Origin: Steroidobacteraceae bacterium
GTDB lineage: Bacteria > Pseudomonadota > Gammaproteobacteria > Steroidobacterales > Steroidobacteraceae
Assembly (NCBI GenBank): GCA_035523875.1
Contig: DATKPY010000018.1
Span: 94,461 to 118,460, forward strand
Direction: 5' to 3'
DNA length: 24,000 nt
Shown: positions 1 through 8,190 of the stretch, one piece after another
Layout: the number at the start of each line of letters is the position of its first letter
How positions within the stretch are numbered: the stretch's first letter is position 1
Made by a program: the position numbers and the translations under genes
The notes under the pieces: generated by a model
What the model saw: the letters and a program-made list of their open reading frames with translations, nothing else
What the model was told of the DNA's origin: nothing
Database searches by the model: none

Positions 1-28
1 CCCACCGGAGCGGATTGGCTCGCACCGC

Positions 29-1009
29 ATGAAGATGCTCGGCTTTCGCTCACGCAAACGGCGGCGGGACCGGGGCGCGGGGCGCGCCGAACTGCTCGCG
101 AACTGGCTCGCCGAGCTCGACAGCGCGGCGCTCTACGCCGCGATCGCGCGCACGGCGCGCGATCGAGCGCGTCGCGGGGAGTATGAGGCGCTCGCGGCGA
201 CCGAGCGGGCCCATGCACAGTACTGGGAGCGGCGCTTGCGCTCAGCGGGTCACTCGCTGCCGCGCTACCGACCGTCCTGGAGAACCCAGCTACTGATCGG
301 GCTCGTTCGACTCATCGGCGCGCGCTTCGTGCTCCCGAGCATCACTGCCCGCGAGATGCAGGACCGCGACCGCTACGCCGGGCTCGCGGAGCCCGGGGCG
401 GCCGAGTTGGCCCGCGACGAGCAGGCGCACGCGGCGCTGCTGCGCGGCTGGACCGATGGCTCCTTGAGCGCAAGTTTGCGCGCGGCGGTGCTCGGCGCGA
501 ACGACGGATTGGCCTCGAACTTCTGCCTGCTGATGGGTGTTGCGGGCGGTGGCGCCGCCGGCCGCACCATCCTGCTCGCAGGGGTGGCGGGGCTCACCGG
601 CGGCGCCTGTGCGATGGCGCTCGGCGAATGGCTGTCCGTGACGAATGCGCGCGAGCTCGCGGCGAGTCAGCTCGAGCGGGCAATCGGCGAGAAGACACCG
701 GCCGGCGGCCACCCGGAGCTTGCCGCGCTCGGCAACGCGGCGGGTGCGGCAAGCGTCTCCTTCTGTCTCTTCGCGCTCGGTGCCGTCATTCCGCTGCTGC
801 CCTTCACGCTGCTCCCACCGGGCGCGGGCACGCTCGCGAGCATCGGCGCCGCGCTCGTCGCGCTGTTCGGCCTCGGGGTCGTCACCTCGCTCTTCAACGG
901 TCGCACGGCGCTCTATTCCGGCGCGCGCCAGATGCTCATCGGAGCCGGCGCGGCCGCGGCAACCTACCTCACCGGACGAGTCTTCGGCGTGCTGGCAGGC
1001 ACGCTCTGA
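29..1009 (+). CDS. mbfA: MbfA-like membrane-bound ferritin: N-terminal ferritin-like (erythrin) domain fused to a VIT1/CCC1 iron/manganese transporter domain
   Basis: 326-aa ORF starting at ATG. The N-terminal half shows the di-iron ligand pattern E...ExxH twice (LAELD, ATERAH, AREMQ, DEQAH). The C-terminal half has the VIT1/CCC1 signature AVLGANDGLASNFCLLMGVAG followed by Gly/Ala-rich TM helices. Overlapping ORFs in other frames are Arg/Pro-rich high-GC artefacts. Confidence 0.85.
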   Translation: MKMLGFRSRKRRRDRGAGRAELLANWLAELDSAALYAAIARTARDRARRGEYEALAATERAHAQYWERRLRSAGHSLPRYRPSWRTQLLIGLVRLIGARFVLPSITAREMQDRDRYAGLAEPGAAELARDEQAHAALLRGWTDGSLSASLRAAVLGANDGLASNFCLLMGVAGGGAAGRTILLAGVAGLTGGACAMALGEWLSVTNARELAASQLERAIGEKTPAGGHPELAALGNAAGAASVSFCLFALGAVIPLLPFTLLPPGAGTLASIGAALVALFGLGVVTSLFNGRTALYSGARQMLIGAGAAAATYLTGRVFGVLAGTL

Positions 1010-1076
1010 TCGGCCTCGAGGGGTACGTACATCTCCCCACGACCACCGGCCGCGTTCCGGCTTAGTCTTGGTCGCC

Positions 1077-3080
1077 GTGGATACACGCCAACAGCAGTTC
1101 ACCCTGTGGTATTTCGTCGCGGCGCTCGCCGTGGTGTTCGCGCTGCAGATCTATCTCGCCGCGCCGCAGACGCCGATGATCGGCTACAGCGATCTGAAAA
1201 CGCTGCTCAAGGCCGGTCGGCTGAAGGATGTCGTCATCGGCAGCGACACGATCGAGGCGACGGCTGATCTCACCGGCGCCGCAACGCTGCTGCCGGCCGC
1301 AGCGATCGCTGCCCTCAGCCGACCGGCCGAGGTCGCTCCATTCGGCGCGCTCGGCACCAAGCCCGCCGCGAAGCCCCCTGCGCTCAGCGGGTGGCACGCG
1401 GTGGTCGCGCGCCGGGTCGAGGACCCGCAGCTCGTGGCCGAGCTCGATGCCGCCAAGGTGAGCTACACGGCCGCGAACGAGAATCACTGGCTCTCGACCG
1501 TGCTCTCCTGGGTGCTGCCGGCGGTCGTTTTCGTGGGGGTCTGGAACCTGCTCCTGCGGCGAAGCATGGGCGGAGGCATGGGCTCGATGATGTCGGTCGG
1601 GCAAAGCAAAGCGAAGGTCTACGTGCAATCGGAAACGGGCGTGCACTTTGCGGACGTGGCCGGCATCGATGAGGCGAAGGCGGAGCTCATGGAGGTGGTG
1701 GAGTTCCTGCGCAATCCCGATCGCTACCGGCGGCTCGGCGGCAAGATTCCGAAGGGCGTGCTCATCGTCGGTGCGCCGGGCACCGGCAAGACCATGCTCG
1801 CGAAAGCCGTGGCGGGCGAGGCGGGCGTGCCGTTCCTGTCGATCAGCGGCTCGGAGTTCGTCGAGATGTTCGTGGGCGTGGGCGCCGCGCGCGTGCGCGA
1901 CCTGTTCGCCCAGGCCGAGCAGCGCGCCCCGTGCATCATCTTCATCGACGAGCTCGACGCTCTGGGCAAGGCACGCGGGTTCAACGGGCTTTCCGGTCAT
2001 GATGAGCGCGAGCAGACGCTCAACCAGCTCCTCGTGCAGATGGACGGGTTCGACACGAAGAACGGCGTGATCATCATGGCCGCGACCAACCGGCCGGAGA
2101 TTCTCGATCCCGCGCTGCTGCGGCCCGGGCGGTTCGACCGTCACGTCGCCGTCGATCGGCCCGACGTGAAGGGCCGCGAGCAGATCCTCAAGGTGCACAC
2201 GCGCAAGGTGACGCTCGGGCCGCAGGTGAATCTCGCGGCGATCGCCGCCAAGACGGCCGGCTTCGTGGGCGCCGATCTTGCGAACATCGTCAACGAGGCG
2301 GCGCTGCGCGCGGCGCGTCTCGACAAGCCGGCGGTCGACATGCGCGACTTCGAGGAGGCGATCGACCGGGTCGTCGCGGGACTGGAGAAGCGCAACCGCG
2401 TCATGAATCCGCTCGAGAAGGAAACGGTCGCGTACCACGAGGCCGGCCACGCGCTGCTCGCCGAGTCGCGCCCGCATGCCGATCGGGTGGCCAAGATCTC
2501 GATCATCCCGCGCGGCATCGCCGCGCTCGGATTTACGCAGCAGCTGCCCACCGAAGACCGCTATCTGCTCAAGCGCACCGAGCTCCTCGATCGGCTCGAC
2601 GTGCTCCTCGGGGGCCGCGTCGCCGAGGAGCTCGTGTACGGGGATACCTCGACCGGCGCCCAGGACGACCTGCAGCGCGCGACCGACATGGCGCGCCACA
2701 TGGTCACTCAGTACGGCATGAGCGAGCGGCTCGGTCAGGTGACCTTCGATGCGCCGCGCCAGGGTGTGTTCCTCAACGTGCCGCAGGCCCCGCCGCAGCA
2801 GGCGGGCTACAGCGAGGAGACCGCGCGGCTCATCGATGAGGAGATCGCGAGGCTCATGAGCGAGGCGCACGCGCGCGTCAAGCGCACGCTGAGCGAGAAG
2901 CGCGCGCTGCTCGATGAGCTCGCCCACCTGTTGCTCGCGCACGAGGTGGTCGATCGCGGAATGCTCGATGAGCTGCTCGCGCGCTCGGCAGGGAGTGCCC
3001 CGTCCGCGCTGGCGCCGGCGGCGACCCTGGCAGGTCCGACAACCGCCGCATACGCCCCTGGACCGCGCGCCGCGGCGTGA
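1077..3080 (+). CDS. ftsH: ATP-dependent zinc metalloprotease, FtsH family (accessory/second FtsH type)
   Basis: Walker A GAPGTGKT, Walker B IIFIDELD, second region of homology [18 protein letters not shown], and zinc motif HEAGHAL. Two N-terminal TM helices are present ([20 protein letters not shown] and [19 protein letters not shown]). I set the start at GTG 1077 ([13 protein letters not shown]) because it resembles FtsH N-termini and clears the mbfA stop. TTG 1068 is an alternative. The ORF-track start at 645 is an artefactual extension. Confidence 0.9.
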   Translation: MDTRQQQFTLWYFVAALAVVFALQIYLAAPQTPMIGYSDLKTLLKAGRLKDVVIGSDTIEATADLTGAATLLPAAAIAALSRPAEVAPFGALGTKPAAKPPALSGWHAVVARRVEDPQLVAELDAAKVSYTAANENHWLSTVLSWVLPAVVFVGVWNLLLRRSMGGGMGSMMSVGQSKAKVYVQSETGVHFADVAGIDEAKAELMEVVEFLRNPDRYRRLGGKIPKGVLIVGAPGTGKTMLAKAVAGEAGVPFLSISGSEFVEMFVGVGAARVRDLFAQAEQRAPCIIFIDELDALGKARGFNGLSGHDEREQTLNQLLVQMDGFDTKNGVIIMAATNRPEILDPALLRPGRFDRHVAVDRPDVKGREQILKVHTRKVTLGPQVNLAAIAAKTAGFVGADLANIVNEAALRAARLDKPAVDMRDFEEAIDRVVAGLEKRNRVMNPLEKETVAYHEAGHALLAESRPHADRVAKISIIPRGIAALGFTQQLPTEDRYLLKRTELLDRLDVLLGGRVAEELVYGDTSTGAQDDLQRATDMARHMVTQYGMSERLGQVTFDAPRQGVFLNVPQAPPQQAGYSEETARLIDEEIARLMSEAHARVKRTLSEKRALLDELAHLLLAHEVVDRGMLDELLARSAGSAPSALAPAATLAGPTTAAYAPGPRAAA

Positions 3081-3120
3081 TACCGTGAGCCCTGCCACAG
3101 GGCAAGGCAGGAGCACCGTG

Positions 3121-5649
3121 ATGGCGCCGGGAGGCGGGGACCCCGCGGAAGATGAGCGCGCGCTGATCGCCGAGCTGCGTGAGCTCGCGCTCGATTTGCG
3201 CTGGTCCTGGAACCACGCGACGGATGAGGTCTGGAGGGAGCTCGAGCCCGATCTCTGGGACCGCACGCACAACCCGTGGGTGTTGCTGCGCACCGTCTCG
3301 CGCGAGCGTCTGGGACGCCTGCTCGCCGATCCCGTGATCCGGGGCCGCGTGAGCGAGCTCGCGAGCGCGGCGCGCGCCGCGGCGAGCGCGCCGGCCTGGT
3401 TCCAGCAGACTCACCCGCGCTCGCCGCTCGAGTCGGTGGCGTATTTCAGCATGGAGTTCATGCTGAGCGAGGCGCTGCCGATCTACGCGGGCGGTCTCGG
3501 CAACGTGGCCGGCGACCAGCTCAAGGCCGCAAGCGACCTCGGAGTGCCCGTGGTCGGGGTCGGACTGCTCTATCAGCGCGGCTACTTTCGCCAGGTCATC
3601 GACCGCTTCGGAGGCCAGCAAGCGCTCTATCCGTACAACGATCCGGATCAGCTGCCGCTGCAACCGCTGCGCGGCGCGAACGGGGAGTGGCTGCGCATCG
3701 AGCTTGCATTTCCGGCCGGACCGCTGTGGCTGCGGGCGTGGGAGGCGCAAGTCGGCCGCGCCTCACTCTACCTGCTCGACAGCAACGATGCGGCCAACTA
3801 CCCGGTGTACCGCGGCGTGACCGGCGAGCTCTACGGGGCGGGCGAGGAGCTGCGCCTGCAGCAGGAGATCGTGCTCGGGATCGGGGGCTGGCGACTGCTC
3901 ACCGCGCTCGGCCTGCGCCCGGAGGTCTGCCACCTGAACGAGGGTCACGCGGCGCTCGCGATCCTCGAGCGCGCGCGCACCTGGATGGCGGAGGCGGGCG
4001 CCCCCTTCGCAACGGCGCTCGCGGTCACACGCCCCGGAAACATCTTTACCACCCACACCGCGGTGCCTGCGGGCTTCGATCGGTTCGCTCCCGCGCTCAT
4101 CGAGGAGTATTTGGGCGACTACGCGCGCGACAAGCTCGGGATCGCTCCCCCGCAACTCCTCGCGCTCGGTCGCTCGGACCCGCGGGCCGAGTCCGAGCCC
4201 TTCAACATGGCCTACCTCGCCGTGCGCGGGAGCGGTGCGGTGAACGGCGTGAGCCGACTGCATGGCGAGGTGAGCCGGCGCATCTTTGCGCCGCTCTTCC
4301 CGCGACGACCGGCAGCGGAGGTGCCGGTCGGCCACATCACCAACGGCGTGCACACCGCCGGCTGGGACTCGCCTGAGGCCGATGCGCTGTGGACCCGCAC
4401 CTGCGGCAAGGAGCGCTGGCGCGAGGCGCTCGACGGTGCGCAGGCGAACATCGCCGAGGTGTCGGACGCCGACTTGTGGCGCGCGCGCGCTTCGGGTCGA
4501 CAAGCCCTCGTCGCCTACGCGCGCGAGCGGCTCGCATGGCAGCTCGGCGCCACGGGCGCGCGCGAGGCGCAGGTCGACACGGCCACGCGCATCCTCGATC
4601 CCGACGCACTGACACTCGGCTTCGCGCGGCGCTTCGCGACTTACAAGAGGCCGAATCTACTGCTGCACGATCGCGAGCGGCTCATCCGGATCCTCACCAA
4701 CCCGCAACGCCCGGTGCAGCTCATCCTGGCCGGCAAGGCGCATCCGGCCGACGCGCCGGGTCAGGCGCTCATTCGCGAATGGGTCGAGTTCGTGCGCCAG
4801 CCCCTCGTGCGGCCGCACGCGATCTTTCTCAGCGACTACGACATGCTCCTCACCGAGCGGCTCGTCCAGGGCGTCGACGTGTGGATCAACACGCCCCGAC
4901 GGCCGTGGGAGGCGTGCGGCACGAGCGGGATGAAGGTGCTCGTCAACGGCGGCCTCAATCTCTCCGAGCTCGACGGCTGGTGGGCTGAGGCCTACACGCC
5001 CGAGGTCGGTTGGGCGCTCGGCGACGCGCGCGAGCACGGCAACGATCCGCACTGGGATGCCGAGGAGGCGGTGCGGCTCTACGAGCTCCTCGAGCAGGAG
5101 GTCATCCCGCAGTTCTACGCGCGCGATCCGAGCGGCGTTCCGCCCCAATGGGTGGCGCGGGTGCGTGCGAGCATGGCGCAGCTCACCGCGCGCTTCTCGG
5201 CGGGACGCAGCGTGCGCGAGTACCTCGAGCGCTACTACGAGTCGGGTGCAGAGCGCTATCGCGCCCGCGCCGCGCACGATGGGGCGGCCGGAGCCCGCAT
5301 CGCCTCCTGGCTCGAAGCCCTCGAGCGCGGTTGGCCCCTGCTGCGGTTCGGCAGCCTCCACATCGACACGCGCGCCGGCGAGCACCGCTTCAGCGTGGAG
5401 GTGCAGCTCGGGGTGCTCGATCCCCAAGCGGTGCGCGTAGAGCTCTACGCCGAGTCCTGCGACGGCTTGGAGGCGGTTCGCTGCGAGATGGTCCCGAGCG
5501 GTGAGGCCGCGGGGGGCTCCGGGCTCGTGGTCTATACGGCACGGGTGCCCGCCGAGCGGCCGGCTTCCAACTTCACCGCGCGTATCGTTCCGGCGCACCC
5601 GGAAGCGCTGCTACCGCTCGAGGGGCCGCAGGTTCTTTGGCAGCACTAG
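3121..5649 (+). CDS. glgP: alpha-glucan (glycogen/maltodextrin) phosphorylase, GT35 family with DUF3417-type N-terminus
   Basis: N-terminal LDLRWSWNHATDEVWRELEPDLW, HLNEGHAA, and the PLP-lysine region EACGTSGMKVLVNGGLNLSELDGWW. AGGAG (3109-3113) lies 7 nt upstream of ATG 3121. The start lies 40 nt after the ftsH stop. Confidence 0.9.
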   Translation: MAPGGGDPAEDERALIAELRELALDLRWSWNHATDEVWRELEPDLWDRTHNPWVLLRTVSRERLGRLLADPVIRGRVSELASAARAAASAPAWFQQTHPRSPLESVAYFSMEFMLSEALPIYAGGLGNVAGDQLKAASDLGVPVVGVGLLYQRGYFRQVIDRFGGQQALYPYNDPDQLPLQPLRGANGEWLRIELAFPAGPLWLRAWEAQVGRASLYLLDSNDAANYPVYRGVTGELYGAGEELRLQQEIVLGIGGWRLLTALGLRPEVCHLNEGHAALAILERARTWMAEAGAPFATALAVTRPGNIFTTHTAVPAGFDRFAPALIEEYLGDYARDKLGIAPPQLLALGRSDPRAESEPFNMAYLAVRGSGAVNGVSRLHGEVSRRIFAPLFPRRPAAEVPVGHITNGVHTAGWDSPEADALWTRTCGKERWREALDGAQANIAEVSDADLWRARASGRQALVAYARERLAWQLGATGAREAQVDTATRILDPDALTLGFARRFATYKRPNLLLHDRERLIRILTNPQRPVQLILAGKAHPADAPGQALIREWVEFVRQPLVRPHAIFLSDYDMLLTERLVQGVDVWINTPRRPWEACGTSGMKVLVNGGLNLSELDGWWAEAYTPEVGWALGDAREHGNDPHWDAEEAVRLYELLEQEVIPQFYARDPSGVPPQWVARVRASMAQLTARFSAGRSVREYLERYYESGAERYRARAAHDGAAGARIASWLEALERGWPLLRFGSLHIDTRAGEHRFSVEVQLGVLDPQAVRVELYAESCDGLEAVRCEMVPSGEAAGGSGLVVYTARVPAERPASNFTARIVPAHPEALLPLEGPQVLWQH

Positions 5650-6908
5650 AGCACTGGAGCCGCTCTCCGCGGCGGCTCTGGGATGCGCTCGGACCCGGCG
5701 TCATCACGGGCGCGGCGGACGACGATCCGAGCGGCATCGCCACCTACTCGCAGGCCGGCGCGCAGTTCGGCTACGCGCTCACCTGGACGGTATTTCTGAC
5801 CGTTCCGTTCATGGCTGCGATCCAGATCGTGAGCGCGAGCATTGGCTGGCAGACGCGCGCGGGACTCGCCCGCAGCATCGCGCGGCGCTTTCCGCGCCCG
5901 GTGCTGCACGGGCTCCTCGTGCTGCTGGTCGCGGCGAATACGCTCAACATCGCCGCCGATCTCGCCGCCATGGGCGAGGCGCTGCGTCTCGCGATCGCGG
6001 GACCGGCCGTACTCTACGCACTTGCCTTCGGGCTCGGCTGTCTCCTCGCCGAGATTCTCATCCCCTACCACCGCTACGTCGGATATCTCAAATTCCTGAC
6101 GCTCGTGTTGTTCGTGTACGTGGCCGCCGCGCTCAGCCTCCGGCTCCCCTGGCCGCAGATCCTCCTTGCGGCGCTGCTGCCGCGGCTATCGGGCGGGCAC
6201 GACTGGGCGCTCACGATCGTGGCCGTGTTCGGAACGACGATCAGCCCGTACCTCTTTTTCTGGCAAGCCTCCCAGGAGGCCGAGGAGTCGCGGCTGAGCC
6301 TCCGGAGAGGCCGACGGAGCGCTGCGCTCCCGCAGGATCTGCGGCGCATCTCCGTCGACACCTGGATCGGCATGCTCTTCTCCAATCTGATCGCGTTCTT
6401 CATCATCGTCACGACCGGCGCCACGCTGCACGTCCATGGCATCACGCACATCGCGACGGCCTCGCAGGCCGCGCAGGCGCTGAGGCCGTTCGCCGGCGCG
6501 CTCACCTTCGGGCTCTTCGCCGCCGGCATCATTGGGACCGGATTGCTCGCCGTGCCGGTGCTCGCAGGATCCGCCGCGTACGCGGTGGCGGATTCGTGGG
6601 GTCTCGCGGGAAGTCTCGAGCTGCCCGCGGGCCGCGCCCGGGGGTTCTACGCGATCGTGGCCACGGCGACTGTTGCGGGCGGTGCGCTCGTGCTCGCGCG
6701 GGTCGATCCCATCGCGATGCTGTTCTGGACGGCGGTCGTGAACGGCCTGGTCGCGGTGCCGATCATGCTCGTAATGATGCTGCTCACTGCGGGTCCGGGC
6801 CGCTTCCGCGCGCTTGCGATCTCGCGCCCGGTCAAGGTTCTCGGGTGGCTCGCGACCGTCATGATGGCGCTTGCCGCCGGAGCGCTCGCCTGGACTTCGG
6901 TCATCTGA
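5637..6908 (+). CDS. Nramp/SLC11-family cation transporter homolog with a non-canonical metal-binding site
   Basis: 423-aa polytopic membrane protein. The TM1 region GPGVITGAADDDPSGIATYSQAGAQFGY aligns with MntH IDPGNFATNIQAGASFGY. The TM6 region FGTTISPYLFFW aligns with GATIMPHVIYLHS. TTG start at 5637, with GAGGGG about 11 nt upstream, overlaps the glgP stop by 13 nt. Confidence 0.85.
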   Translation: MAALEHWSRSPRRLWDALGPGVITGAADDDPSGIATYSQAGAQFGYALTWTVFLTVPFMAAIQIVSASIGWQTRAGLARSIARRFPRPVLHGLLVLLVAANTLNIAADLAAMGEALRLAIAGPAVLYALAFGLGCLLAEILIPYHRYVGYLKFLTLVLFVYVAAALSLRLPWPQILLAALLPRLSGGHDWALTIVAVFGTTISPYLFFWQASQEAEESRLSLRRGRRSAALPQDLRRISVDTWIGMLFSNLIAFFIIVTTGATLHVHGITHIATASQAAQALRPFAGALTFGLFAAGIIGTGLLAVPVLAGSAAYAVADSWGLAGSLELPAGRARGFYAIVATATVAGGALVLARVDPIAMLFWTAVVNGLVAVPIMLVMMLLTAGPGRFRALAISRPVKVLGWLATVMMALAAGALAWTSVI

Positions 6909-6964
6909 GCCGAAGCATCCGGCCGCGCAGGCAGGGAGATCTACGCAGTCAAGAGCCGCCGCCC

Positions 6965-7900
6965 CTACCGACGGCCCCGGGCGCTGGCCGCGCGGGCTGT
7001 AGAGGCTCGCACCGCCGCAGTGAGGCCGTGCGGCTTCACGACGAGCAGGTCGCAGGGTAGACGGTCGAGCACGCGCTGCGCGGTGCTGCCGATGAGAAGC
7101 CGCTTGAGGCCGGTGCGCGAGACCGCACCGAGCACCACGATGCCGACGCCGAGCCGGCGCACGGCGACGGGGAGCTGCGTCGGCACGTCGCCCAAGGCGA
7201 GATGCCGGTTGGCACGCGCGATGCCGGCGCGCTCGGCGAGCCGGTCGAGCGCGTGGCGCACCTGGGCCGCATGCGTGTCCTCGATCCGCGGGTCCTCCCA
7301 CACGATCGGCTCCCCGAGCGGTCCCTGCACGCTCGCAACGAGCGGCATGTAGGCGTGAAAGGCATGCACGGCGCCACCGAGGAGGGCGCCGAGCCGGCGC
7401 CCGGTGGCCAGGAGCAGCGCATCGAGCCGCGCGGGCTTGGCGTGCGCGTGGAACGGGTCGATTGCGACCAGCACCGCGCGCCCGCGGAGCGTTCGCGCGG
7501 TCCTCACGACGAGCAGGGGACAGGGACAGTGGCGGATGAGCTCCCGGTCGGTTCGCGGCTGCAGGAGGCGGCGCCCACGGGCGCGGGTGCGCGTGGCCGC
7601 AACGACGAGGTCGGCCCGGATGGCGAGTGCGCGATGCACGATCGCTCCAGAGGCGGGCGCCTGCGCGACGGCCAGGGTGCGTACGCGGCAGCCGCGCAGT
7701 GCGCTCGAGCGCGCTGCGCGCTCGAGGGAGGTCCGCACCCGGCGCAGCGCGGCCTCGCCTGCGCCGGACTTGGCTGCGTGGAAGAGCTCGATCTGCGCGC
7801 CGCTCGAGCGAGCGAGCGCCGCCGCGGCAGTGAGGGCCGTGCGGGAGACGGCGTGCGCATCCGCAATCGCTACCAGAACACATCGAAACGGTCGAACCAT
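6965..7900 (-). CDS. uspE: tandem universal stress protein, UspE-like
   Basis: 311 aa with two Usp domains. The C-terminal domain ends in GIVVLGAVSRTGLKRLLIGSTAQRVLDRLPCDLLVVKP, very close to the E. coli UspE C-terminus as I recall it. The N-terminal domain has a degenerate nucleotide motif (RGRRLLQPRTDRELIRHCPCPLLVV). ATG at 7900 gives MVRPFRCVLVAIAD. The 87-codon upstream extension in the ORF track is Arg-rich junk. Confidence 0.85.
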   Translation of the reverse strand: MVRPFRCVLVAIADAHAVSRTALTAAAALARSSGAQIELFHAAKSGAGEAALRRVRTSLERAARSSALRGCRVRTLAVAQAPASGAIVHRALAIRADLVVAATRTRARGRRLLQPRTDRELIRHCPCPLLVVRTARTLRGRAVLVAIDPFHAHAKPARLDALLLATGRRLGALLGGAVHAFHAYMPLVASVQGPLGEPIVWEDPRIEDTHAAQVRHALDRLAERAGIARANRHLALGDVPTQLPVAVRRLGVGIVVLGAVSRTGLKRLLIGSTAQRVLDRLPCDLLVVKPHGLTAAVRASTARAASARGRR

Positions 7901-7916
7901 GATGAAGCATGCCGCA

Positions 7917-7939
7917 TTCGCGCGCGGATTGCGCGCGAA
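7917..7939. promoter_or_regulatory. perfect GC-rich inverted repeat TTCGCGCGC-GGATT-GCGCGCGAA in the uspE leader/promoter region
   Basis: 9-bp arms with a 5-nt spacer, 17-39 nt upstream of the uspE ATG. A related palindrome, TTCGCGAA, occurs at 8083-8090 in the same intergenic region. Whether it acts as an RNA hairpin or a protein site is unknown. Confidence 0.3.
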
Positions 7940-8190
7940 CCGGCGCTGCGGAAAGTACGCATGGCACCGCAGGCTGCCACCACGCACGCTCATTCTTCCG
8001 CCCGTGCGAGCGCCCCGCGGCACGCCGGGAAGCGATCCACCCCACGAGGGCCGATGCGCCGCGTCAAGCACACTCGACGGGCTTCGCGAACGCATAAGCG
8101 CGCTCCTCGCGATGCTCGCCGCCTTCGTGCCGCGGAGCGTCTGCACCCGCTCCCCGGGCACCCACCGGGCCGCGCGCTCACCCGGCTCGC

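Noticed and set aside
645-1076. N-terminal extensions of real genes in the ORF track: ftsH from 645, glgP from 2914, uspE to 8161, fixJ to 12213, cysG to 20868, FNR to 18279, DUF934 to 23109, and the hybrid kinase to 11305.
   Set aside because: The extensions overlap upstream genes or intergenic DNA, encode Arg-rich junk, and precede internal starts. Those internal starts match family N-termini and often have an SD or an ATGA/GTGA coupling.
3092-3110. Small alternative inverted repeats (CCCTG-CCA-CAGGG and CCTGCC-N9-GGCAGG) in the ftsH-glgP spacer, and a GTACGTAC palindrome at 1024-1031 in the mbfA-ftsH spacer.
   Set aside because: These are short stems of 5-6 bp that overlap the glgP ribosome-binding region. 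Matches of this size are expected by chance in GC-rich DNA, and no U-tract or repeated occurrence is present.
1062-3293. 743-aa ORF antisense to ftsH. Similar long antisense or out-of-frame ORFs occur at 290-1102(-), 2878-3750(-), 6186-8045(-), 7202-8390(+), 9941-11296(+), 14425-16281(+), 16392-17315(+), 18047-19477(+), 19315-20835(+) and 21494-22627(-).
   Set aside because: These are typical high-GC stop-codon-poor artefacts. Their translations are Arg/Pro/Gly/Ala-rich with no recognisable motifs. Each is fully covered by an opposite- or other-frame gene with strong family signatures.
7962-7977. Sigma-54-like TGGCAC...CTGC upstream of the APH/P-loop kinase gene. A similar TGGCGC...GCAAGC lies upstream of ligA (about 12891-12908).
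   Set aside because: The spacing between the GG and GC elements is off by one or more nucleotides from the strict TGGCAC-N5-TTGC geometry, and the -12 element is poor. No EBP-type activator is encoded nearby.
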